A stretch of 24,000 bases of DNA from Kineosporia mesophila (GTDB taxonomy: Bacteria > Actinomycetota > Actinomycetes > Actinomycetales > Kineosporiaceae). Where the stretch lies: assembly GCF_021129235.1 (NCBI RefSeq), contig NZ_JAJOMA010000006.1:111580-135579 (forward strand), in the 5' to 3' direction. How positions within the stretch are numbered: the stretch's first letter is position 1; each line of letters starts with the position of its first letter. The translations under genes were made by a program, and so were the position numbers. Positions 7,267 through 13,868 of this stretch are shown here, in pieces. Under the pieces are notes generated by a model. That model was not told the origin of the DNA. It saw only the letters and a list, made by a program, of their open reading frames with translations, and searched no databases.

Positions 7267-8148
7267 TCAGTTCTTCAGCCTGTTCTTCCCGGCACCGCCG
7301 TTGAGGACGTCTTTACCCAGCCCGCCGTACAGCCAGTCGTTCCCGGCCTGCCCGAACAGCTTGTCCGCACCCGAGTTGCCGTAGAGCTTGTCGTTGCCGC
7401 TGCCACCGTGGATGACGTCATTGCCGGCATCACCGTGCAAGATCTGAGCGCCCACGCCGCCGGTGATGGTGTCGTCGCCCTCATTCCCGCTGGCCGACGT
7501 GCCCTTACCGATCGCCCGCAGGACGTCGTTGCCCTCGCCGCCCTCAAGGATCAGGCCGCTGTGGCCGGTGATGGTGTCTGCACCGGGGCCGCCCCAGACC
7601 GTGGTGGCGAAATACTCGTCGCTACTCTTCGTGCGGAGGGTGTCGTTGCCGTCGCCGAGAACGAACTGATTGATGACGCGCGTGCCGGCCGGGTTCGAGA
7701 AGGTCACCGTGTCGTCCTGGTCGTACAGACGAGCCACCGTGTACGAGATCGGCTCGTCGCGATACAGATTCGCGTCGTAGTCGTCGATCGTGCAGGTGAC
7801 GCGGGTGTGGTCGGTCGTGTCGGGGTAGGCGCAGCCAGGCCCCGCCGAGATCTCCACGCTGTCGTCGTAGGTGTACGTGAAAGTTTTCCCGCCATTGGAC
7901 TTCTCGCTCGCGACAGTGAGGTCGTTCCGCTGACCCGGCGCCGCCTTGTAATCGAGCCGGTAGCCGATCCGCTGAGCTCCGCGGGCGAAGTAGTACACGC
8001 GCGCGGTGGCAGGAGCGGTGGTGGCAACGGTGCTCGCGGGCGCAGCGCCCGCGCTCTCCCCCAGACCGATGGCCGCCATCCCGACTCCCAGTAGCGAGGC
8101 GACAGCCCCGAGGCTCACCAGCTGGCGGGGGCGGCGACGCAGAGCCAT
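7267..8148 (-). CDS. Secreted calcium-binding protein with RTX (hemolysin-type GGxGxD) repeats
   Basis: ATG 8148 is preceded by GGAGAA (ATG 8163 is the alternative). The signal peptide reads MALRRRPRQLVSLGAVASLLGVGMAAIGLGESAGA. The C-terminal tandem nonapeptides read GGEGNDVL..GNEGDDTITGGVGAQILHGDAGNDVIHGGSGNDKLYGNSGADKLFGQAGNDWLYGGLGKDVLNGGAG. Confidence 0.8.
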   Translation of the reverse strand: MALRRRPRQLVSLGAVASLLGVGMAAIGLGESAGAAPASTVATTAPATARVYYFARGAQRIGYRLDYKAAPGQRNDLTVASEKSNGGKTFTYTYDDSVEISAGPGCAYPDTTDHTRVTCTIDDYDANLYRDEPISYTVARLYDQDDTVTFSNPAGTRVINQFVLGDGNDTLRTKSSDEYFATTVWGGPGADTITGHSGLILEGGEGNDVLRAIGKGTSASGNEGDDTITGGVGAQILHGDAGNDVIHGGSGNDKLYGNSGADKLFGQAGNDWLYGGLGKDVLNGGAGKNRLKN

Positions 8149-8332
8149 GTGGGGTTTCTCCATGAGAGCAAGCCGGGAAGGCAGGCAAGAGGGGATTCGC
8201 CGCAACAATATTGGACGAATGCCATCATAGGGTACCGCTTCTGGGAGCTTTTGAGTTCGGTGAACTACTGCTTCCCCAGCACCCGTGAACACCAGAACTC
8301 ATGGCCATCCGCTGACCACCCTGGAGAACCCC

Positions 8333-8932
8333 ATGCCGGATCAACAGCCGCTCACGGTCGAGGAATGGCAGGCCTTCCTCACCGAGTTCAGCCGCAGGGT
8401 GCTGACCTCGCCGGAACAGACCGTCGACCGGTTCGACCCCACCACCGAGCTGGGTTTCGTCACCGTTCCCCGGTTCAGCCCGGAGGTCCTGGAGAAGAGC
8501 TGGCTGGGCAGCGACCCGTGCAGCGAGAGCGACATTGCTGCGGCGGAAGCCCGTCTGGGCCGTGCTCTGCCTTCGCGCTTTCGGAACTTCTACCTGGTCA
8601 GCAACGGCTGGACCGATGCGGGACGGTACGGGGAAGACGTATGGCCCATCGAGAAGATCGACTGGCTACGCAACGCCGACCCCGAACTCGTCGAGGTCTG
8701 GCTCGAGGTCTACGACGAGGACGAGGCCACCATTCTCAAGACCAGCCTGCTCATCGGTTACGCCGACGGGGGCGCCGGCGATTACTGGCTCCTGAAACCG
8801 CCATCCACTGATACCGATTCAGAGTGGACCGCGTATCAATGGGGGCCCGGATCAGCCGGGGACCCGGAACCGTACGAGAACTTCGCCGTGCTCATGTCCG
8901 AGTACTTCGACGAGGTGGTGGTCGAGGGGTGA
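8333..8932 (+). CDS. SMI1/KNR4 (SUKH-1) family protein
   Basis: ATG 8333 is preceded by GGAGAA. The stretch IAAAEARLGRALPSRFRNFYLVSNGW...LLIGYADGGAGDYWLL fits the SMI1/KNR4 pattern. Confidence 0.75.
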   Translation: MPDQQPLTVEEWQAFLTEFSRRVLTSPEQTVDRFDPTTELGFVTVPRFSPEVLEKSWLGSDPCSESDIAAAEARLGRALPSRFRNFYLVSNGWTDAGRYGEDVWPIEKIDWLRNADPELVEVWLEVYDEDEATILKTSLLIGYADGGAGDYWLLKPPSTDTDSEWTAYQWGPGSAGDPEPYENFAVLMSEYFDEVVVEG

Positions 8933-9014
8933 GCGTGGGTCTTCCCAGCCCTCAAGCGAGCTAGTAACCCGTCAAACGTGTCAGGGGTGTCCCGCCGCAG
9001 CGGAACGGACCAGT

Positions 9015-9072
9015 GTGCGATGTGTACACCTGGTACATCCGGTACCGGATGTACCAGGTGTACACATCGCAC
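9015..9072. repeat. Perfect 58-bp palindrome (29-bp arms, no spacer) centred on GGTACC
   Basis: I checked all 29 base pairs by hand: GTGCGATGTGTACACCTGGTACATCCGGTA|TACCGGATGTACCAGGTGTACACATCGCAC. It contains five GTAC cores spaced 9 bp apart. Pairing stops at 9014/9073. Confidence 0.95.
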
Positions 9073-9195
9073 TAGCCCTTCGCCGGCCCCTCCTTGGCCT
9101 TCCCGAAAACCTGATCCAAACGCTGTCGTCGCCACCGACGTCCTCCGCTCAGACCTGCACCTACTCGCCGGGAACAAACGACGCCCCGACTCTCT

Positions 9196-9223
9196 TGTAC
9201 ATACGTACTAGTACAGGCGTACA
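9196..9223. promoter_or_regulatory. Symmetric GTAC array (GTAC-N4-GTAC-TA-GTAC-N4-GTAC) abutting the SMR ribosome-binding site; candidate TetR operator
   Basis: TGTACATACGTACTAGTACAGGCGTACA is a 28-bp imperfect palindrome (20 of 28 positions symmetric) centred on CTAG. AGGAG follows at 9223-9227, then ATG at 9234. Confidence 0.4.
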
Positions 9224-9233
9224 GGAGTTGGCG

Positions 9234-9554
9234 ATGGCGTACATCATGTTGGTCGTGGCGATTGCCCTGGAGGTGGTGGCCACGAGCTTGCTGCCTGTGA
9301 CGCAGGGGTTCTCGCGGCTAGGGCCGAGTGTGGTGTGTCTGGGCACCTACGCGGTGGTGTTCATGCTGTTGGGGCGCATCGTGGAGCAGCTGCCGGTGGG
9401 CGTTGTGTATGCGACCTGGTCGGGTGCGGGGATTGCGGCGATCATGCTGATCGGGGCCACGTTCCTGGGTGAGCCGTTGAGCCTCGCCAAGGTCACGGGG
9501 GCCGCGATGATCATTGGTGGGGTGGTGATCCTTAACGTGGCTGGGGTTCACTGA
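9234..9554 (+). CDS. SMR-family (EmrE/QacE-like) small multidrug efflux transporter, 106 aa
   Basis: ATG 9234 is preceded by AGGAG. There are four hydrophobic segments, with the conserved TM1 glutamate in VVAIALEVVATSLL. The track ORF 9015..9554 has a spurious 5' extension running through the palindrome. Confidence 0.85.
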   Translation: MAYIMLVVAIALEVVATSLLPVTQGFSRLGPSVVCLGTYAVVFMLLGRIVEQLPVGVVYATWSGAGIAAIMLIGATFLGEPLSLAKVTGAAMIIGGVVILNVAGVH

Positions 9555-9560
9555 GTCCTG

Positions 9561-10136
9561 ATGACTAGTTCCCGGGATCCGGAAGGCCGGCGCCGCGCCC
9601 TGCTCGCGGCCACCGTCGAAGTGGTGGCCGAGGTGGGCGTGGCCCGCACGACGCACCGGGCGATCGCGACCCGGGCCGGCGTGCCGCTCGGCGCGACCAC
9701 CTACTACTTCCCCACTCTTAACGACCTCATTGCCGGGGCACTGGAGCAGTCGGGTGATGCCTGGGACGCCGATCTGAAGCGCTGGGAATCGGAACTGCGC
9801 GCTGCTCAAGCCGAGATCGGTGAAGGTGACCACGCAGCAAGGAAACTGAGCGACGTCCTCACGCAATTGATTTTGGGATACCTGGCTGATCAGCCGCGTG
9901 CGCGGCTGGAGTGCGAACTGTATCTCGCTGCGGGACATACGCCGGAGCTGCGGCCCCTGGCCACCCGCTGGTTGCTGGGGCTACGCGAGGTGACGGGGCG
10001 CCTCACCGACAAGAACACCGGTTACGCCCTCGCCACCCTCGTCGACGGGGTGTTCCTGCAGGCCACGGTTACGGGGGAGGCGCCTCCCGCTGAACAGTTG
10101 CGGGCGGCCATCGAGCGACTTTGGGTCACTGCCTGA
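9561..10136 (+). CDS. TetR-family transcriptional regulator (in an operon with the SMR pump)
   Basis: ATG 9561 lies 6 nt after the SMR stop. The HTH reads RRRALLAATVEVVAEVGVARTTHRAIATRAGVPLGATTYYFPTLNDLI. Confidence 0.9.
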   Translation: MTSSRDPEGRRRALLAATVEVVAEVGVARTTHRAIATRAGVPLGATTYYFPTLNDLIAGALEQSGDAWDADLKRWESELRAAQAEIGEGDHAARKLSDVLTQLILGYLADQPRARLECELYLAAGHTPELRPLATRWLLGLREVTGRLTDKNTGYALATLVDGVFLQATVTGEAPPAEQLRAAIERLWVTA

Positions 10137-10167
10137 AGTGCTTGCGGACGTTTGCCAGCCCCCGCTG

Positions 10168-10617
10168 TCACGTTCCCGCCGGTTTCTGGTTACCGAGCAA
10201 CACCGGGAACAGGAGCGCGGTGAGGGTTTGGCGCTGTTCATCGTCCAGAAGCTCGAGGACTTTCGTCTCCACCTCGAGCATCGTGCGCTGGCCGATGTCG
10301 ATGAGTTCCCGGCCGGCGGGGGTGACGACCAGGTCGGCGGTGCGCCCGCGGCCGGGTAGCGTGCGGCGATCGACTGCGCCGAGTTCCTCGAGCTGACGCA
10401 GCGTGGCCTGCATACTCTGTGCGGTCACCCCGGCCCGGCGGCCGAGTTCGCTGTACGAGAGCCCGGGCTCGCGCGACAGATGGCCCAGCGCGGACAGATG
10501 CCTCAGCGACGTTCCGTGTTCGCGTAGCCCGGCCTCGACCTCGGTCCGGATGGTGCGGCCGATGGTCATCAGCAGAAAACCCGGGCTGGGCTGCGGCGAT
10601 CTCGGAGCACCTGTCAC
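10168..10617 (-). CDS. MarR-family transcriptional regulator
   Basis: GTG start at 10617. The wHTH reads LRHLSALGHLSREPGLSYSELGRRAGVTAQSMQATLRQLEELGAVDRRTLPGRGRTADLVVTPAGRE. Confidence 0.85.
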   Translation of the reverse strand: MTGAPRSPQPSPGFLLMTIGRTIRTEVEAGLREHGTSLRHLSALGHLSREPGLSYSELGRRAGVTAQSMQATLRQLEELGAVDRRTLPGRGRTADLVVTPAGRELIDIGQRTMLEVETKVLELLDDEQRQTLTALLFPVLLGNQKPAGT

Positions 10618-10681
10618 CTGCCCATCCTGACACCCGGCACCCCTCTCCGATCAGTTTAAGTCTGGCTGTAACCTGTGGCGC

Positions 10682-11155
10682 GTGAAGGCCTTGCTCCTCG
10701 TCATCCATGTGGTTCTGGCGATCGTGCTCATCGGCCCGCTCACGGCCGCGGCCAGTCTGTTCCCCCGGTACGCCCGTGAGGCCGTCGCGGCCGGCGAAGA
10801 CCACGCCGGGCCGTTCGCCGTGCTCAAGGCCCTGCACCGGATCAGCACGGGATACGCGGTGGCCGGCATCACCGTGCCGGTGTTCGGCATCGCGACGGCC
10901 TCGGCCATGGGCGTACTCGGCGACTACTGGATCTGGATCTCGATGGCGCTGACCGTGGTCGCTGCCGGCCTGCTGGCCTGGGCGGTCGTCCCGGTACAGC
11001 GACGCGTGATGGAACTGCTGCAGAGCCCGGGCGGCACGGATCGGGTGCCCGCCCTTTTGCCGCGGCTGGGCATGGTCACGGGCATCTTCGGCCTGACCTG
11101 GGCGATCGTCGTGATTCTGATGATCGTGCGGCCCGGCTCGTCGACGGGGGTATGA
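10682..11155 (+). CDS. Integral membrane protein (about 4 TM), family uncertain
   Basis: GTG start at 10682, divergent from MarR. The hydrophobic segments are LLLVIHVVLAIVLIGPL, YAVAGITVPVFGIATA, WIWISMALTVVAAGLLAW and GIFGLTWAIVVILMIV. Confidence 0.55.
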   Translation: MKALLLVIHVVLAIVLIGPLTAAASLFPRYAREAVAAGEDHAGPFAVLKALHRISTGYAVAGITVPVFGIATASAMGVLGDYWIWISMALTVVAAGLLAWAVVPVQRRVMELLQSPGGTDRVPALLPRLGMVTGIFGLTWAIVVILMIVRPGSSTGV

Positions 11156-11159
11156 ACCC

Positions 11160-11453
11160 GTGCAGCTACGGACTCTGCGCATCGCCGCCGGGGTGGAGGC
11201 GTGCTCCCTCGTGCTCCTGGTGCTGAATTTGGCGACCGTTCATGTCGGGGCCCTGGCCTCGGCCTTGGGCCCCGTGCACGGCTGCGCTTATCTGGTGGCC
11301 ATCGTGATGACCTGGTCACTGACCAAAGACTCTGCTGCGCGAGCATTTTCGGTCATTCCCGGGTTCGGGGCCATGCTGGCGCTACGGCGCCTGCGGTCCC
11401 CCGAATCCTGGGAGCACAAGTTTCCCCAGGCTGTTGAAAAGCCTTGTGGATAA
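11160..11453 (+). CDS. Small membrane protein, DUF3817-like
   Basis: GTG 11160 lies 4 nt after the previous stop. LRIAAGVEACSLVLLVLNL...GPVHGCAYLVAIVMTW resembles the DUF3817 pattern as I recall it. Confidence 0.5.
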   Translation: MQLRTLRIAAGVEACSLVLLVLNLATVHVGALASALGPVHGCAYLVAIVMTWSLTKDSAARAFSVIPGFGAMLALRRLRSPESWEHKFPQAVEKPCG

Positions 11454-11460
11454 ACGGTGA

Positions 11461-11922
11461 TTAGTCTTCGCTGCGCGGCCGGCGACCCGGCAGGGCGGCG
11501 ATCTTGGCGTAGAAGTGGTCGATCCGGCGCACGACCTCGGTGAGCCCGTCGAGGTTCATGGGCTTGGTGACATAGGCGTTGGCGTGGAGCGAGTAGCTGC
11601 TGAGGATGTCGGTCGGCGCCTGCGAGGTGGTCAGCACCACGATCGGGATACTGCGCAGCTCAGGGTCGTTCTTGATCTCGGCCAGCACCTGACGCCCGTC
11701 CATCCGCGGCATGTTCAGGTCGAGCAGGATGACGTCGGGCCGCGGGGCGTCGTCGTACTCGCCGGTGCGACGGAGGAACGACACCGCCTCTTCGCCGTCA
11801 TTCACCACGTAGACGTTGCGCGGGGCGCCAATCGTTTCCAGTGCCTCTTCGATCATGAGGACGTCGCCCGGGTCGTCGTCCACCAGAAGAACTGCCATGG
11901 CACGGGTAGCGGATGCGAGCAT
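11461..11922 (-). CDS. Single-domain (CheY/Rcp1-like) response regulator, 153 aa
   Basis: ATG 11922 is preceded by GAGGGG. Motifs are VLLVDDDPGDVLMIEEAL, VILLDLNMPRMDG, VVLTTS and ANAYVTKP. The rest of track ORF 11461..12294 is an unsupported 5' extension. Confidence 0.85.
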   Translation of the reverse strand: MLASATRAMAVLLVDDDPGDVLMIEEALETIGAPRNVYVVNDGEEAVSFLRRTGEYDDAPRPDVILLDLNMPRMDGRQVLAEIKNDPELRSIPIVVLTTSQAPTDILSSYSLHANAYVTKPMNLDGLTEVVRRIDHFYAKIAALPGRRPRSED

Positions 11923-12457
11923 AGGAACCCCTCGACGTTGCGTAAGAGCGGCCGAGGAACCACTTCGCGGTCTGAAAAGCTCGCACCTCGGGGGCTGATG
12001 TTCAGACGGCGATCTTAACTGTCCATCGGTGATCTCGGACAGACGCGGGCCGGTGCCCGTGCACCGAACTGCGCGTGACTGATCGCCTACGTCCCGAACC
12101 GGGACGATGGATCTCAGTCGGAGTCGTTCCCAGTAAGCCGAACGTGGGCGTCTTCCCAGCCAGCCGGCAGTTGGCCGACGGGCAGCCGGTAGAAGGTGAA
12201 GGCGGAAGAAGCCATAGCTGGACAGTGTCGTGACATCGCGCTGCGGTGCGGTTCCTGGCGGATCATCGCGTCGATCGAAGCCTGATCGCGGCAAGCGCTC
12301 AGGGTGAAGAACTCGCGGCGTAGCGGATGGGCTTCGGCCAGCCCCCGACCGTCCCCTCGCTACGCGTCACCTGTCGGTGAATCTTCATGGCGTCCAGGAA
12401 GAACCGCGGCACCTGGCTCAGCTTGTGCAGCCGGAAGGGCGAAGCCACGACGATGAC

Positions 12458-12854
12458 CGGACGGGCCTGCTGACCACAGCGGGGGCACAGGGTTTCGAGC
12501 TTCTGGCCGACTCGCCGGAGCAGGCCGAAGACTGTTCCGGCATGAGTCTTCGCTCCATGCGCTTCGCCCTGACGCATCCGGGGCATTTCGCGGTGATGTT
12601 CCGTACAGACATCGTCAACGCAGAGGACGAGGCATTTCAGGAGGCTTCCAGGCGCGCCTACGATTTGTTGCGAGGGTTTGCGTCAGAAGCACTTTCACCG
12701 GCGGACGAGCTCGCGCCGGCTCTCGCCGCCCGGTCGCTGGTACACGGCTTGGCGACCCTTCTGCTCAGCGGTGTGATGAGGCCGGATCCGGGGCAGAGTG
12801 AGGGACGACCTGGCGCGTCTGGTCACGCAGTGGCTGACGGGGCGATCGGCATGA
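12458..12854 (+). pseudogene. TetR-family regulator remnant: the HTH domain is missing and the 3' end is frameshifted
   Basis: TetR-like ligand-domain sequence starts near RTGLLTTAGAQGFELL and runs through RFALTHPGHFAVMF...ARSLVHGLATLLLSG. The expected C-terminus DDLARLVTQWLTGRSA* is in the +1 frame from about 12804 (shift at the G-run 12802-12804), with its stop at 12852-12854. Confidence 0.5.
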
Positions 12855-12938
12855 ACCGGCCAGCCGGGAGTCAGTGATAATCTCGACCTGCTCAAAGGGT
12901 GGCGGAGACGTCGCCCTTCCTGGACGGGGAGGACCCTG

Positions 12939-13052
12939 ATGAAGAAGCTGCTGATGGTCGCGGTTGCCTCGGCAGCTGGCGTCGCTGTGTGGCGCAAGGT
13001 CGGAGCCACCAAGCCCACCCAGCCCTGGGCGATGGTGACCGACAAGATTTGA
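12939..13052 (+). CDS. Small membrane protein (37 aa), DLW-39-family-like
   Basis: ATG 12939 is preceded by GGGGAGGA. MKKLLMVAVASAAGVAVWRKVGATKPTQPWAMVTDKI has one TM plus a short polar tail. It sits directly upstream of tRNA-Ala and is too short for the supplied ORF track. Confidence 0.55.
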   Translation: MKKLLMVAVASAAGVAVWRKVGATKPTQPWAMVTDKI

Positions 13053-13063
13053 TCCTCCCGTCC

Positions 13064-13087
13064 CGTGAGCGATAATGATCGCTCACG
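13064..13087 (+). terminator. Perfect 10-bp stem / 4-nt loop hairpin between the small ORF and the tRNA
   Basis: CGTGAGCGAT aatg ATCGCTCACG. There is no U-tract, so it may be a terminator or a tRNA-precursor processing structure. Confidence 0.3.
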
Positions 13088-13092
13088 AGATA

Positions 13093-13165
13093 CGGGGACG
13101 TGGCGCAATTGGTAGCGCACCTGCTTTGCAAGCAGGGGGTTGTGGGTTCGAGTCCCATCGTCTCC
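13093..13165 (+). tRNA. tRNA-Ala (anticodon UGC)
   Basis: Hand-folded cloverleaf: acceptor GGGGACG/CGTCTCC with G3:U70, D-arm GCGC-AATTGGTA-GCGC, anticodon arm CCTGC-TTTGCAA-GCAGG, T-arm GTGGG-TTCGAGT-CCCAT, discriminator A. No encoded CCA. Confidence 0.85.
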
Positions 13166-13253
13166 ACTCTGGTCAGAAGCCGTTTTCCGGAGTAGTCGGA
13201 GACCGAGTTCTCGCACCTGAATGGCATGAAGTGCGGCTCCTGCCGCCGGTCGG

Positions 13254-13472
13254 CTACAGATCAAGCTCGTCGATCGTCAGGCCGCCATTGTTGAGGATTC
13301 CGCGCAGTGTGCCTTTGGCCAGGTCGCGGTCGGCGTGAACGGGCACCGTGGTTCCCCGCCCGTCTGGATGCCGCATGATGTGGTGGCTGCCAGCGATTCT
13401 CGCGACTTTGAAGCCTTCTCGTTCCAGCGCACGAACGATCCGGGCTCCAGGCTCCGAGGGGAGCGGAGGCAT
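13254..13472 (-). CDS. hicA: HicA-family type II toxin (mRNA interferase)
   Basis: The 72-aa sequence ARIVRALEREGFKVARIAGSHHIMRHPDGRGTTVPVHADRDLAKGTLRGILNNGGL is a typical HicA with the conserved GSH histidine. Its ATG overlaps the hicB stop (ATGA at 13471-13474 on the minus strand). Confidence 0.85.
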   Translation of the reverse strand: MPPLPSEPGARIVRALEREGFKVARIAGSHHIMRHPDGRGTTVPVHADRDLAKGTLRGILNNGGLTIDELDL

Positions 13473-13684
13473 CAGGCGGCGACGGTGATCGACAGCTCCC
13501 GGGGTACCCCGAATTCCTCAATCAGCCCGGTGAGGGCTTCGCGGAGGTCTGCGAGGGCGGCCTCTTCGGTGTCGCCCTCGCCGTGAGCGCCCAGACCAGG
13601 TCGCAGCTGGGCGTGGGCGCACCACACGCCGTCTTCGTCCTGTTCGATGACGATCGGCACGGTTACGGTGCGGGGCTCGGCCAT
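13472..13684 (-). CDS. hicB: HicB-like antitoxin, core domain only (70 aa)
   Basis: VPIVIEQDEDGVWCAHAQLRPGLGAHGEGDTEEAALADLREALTGLIEE matches the HicB/UPF0150 N-terminal fold pattern. No C-terminal DNA-binding domain is present. Confidence 0.8.
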   Translation of the reverse strand: MAEPRTVTVPIVIEQDEDGVWCAHAQLRPGLGAHGEGDTEEAALADLREALTGLIEEFGVPRELSITVAA

Positions 13685-13868
13685 GACTCAACGATAGCCC
13701 CAAGCCGGCCCAGTGACAGGACTCCGATTGGAGCGGTCGGCACTCCTTACTGAGTGACAGTCTGAGTGTCAACGACCCGGAATGGCACCGGGCTACTATG
13801 GACCGTTCTGGACCTGTATAGCAGGTGTGGAATTGCGTCTGACCTGATCTTTTGGTCCTCGGAACCCC

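Noticed and set aside
7275-7560. Roughly 27-bp periodicity in the DNA
   Set aside because: It is explained by the tandem GGxGxD RTX nonapeptide repeats of the secreted calcium-binding protein.
10238-11182. 314-aa minus-strand ORF
   Set aside because: It is antisense to the MarR 5' region and the membrane-protein gene. It is extremely R/H/D/G-rich, so I treat it as a shadow ORF.
13093-13165. Reading the tRNA as tRNA-Cys (GCA is visible in the anticodon loop)
   Set aside because: With the 5-bp stem CCTGC/GCAGG the 7-nt loop is TTTGCAA, which puts UGC at positions 34-36. The G3:U70 pair and A73 are alanine identity elements.
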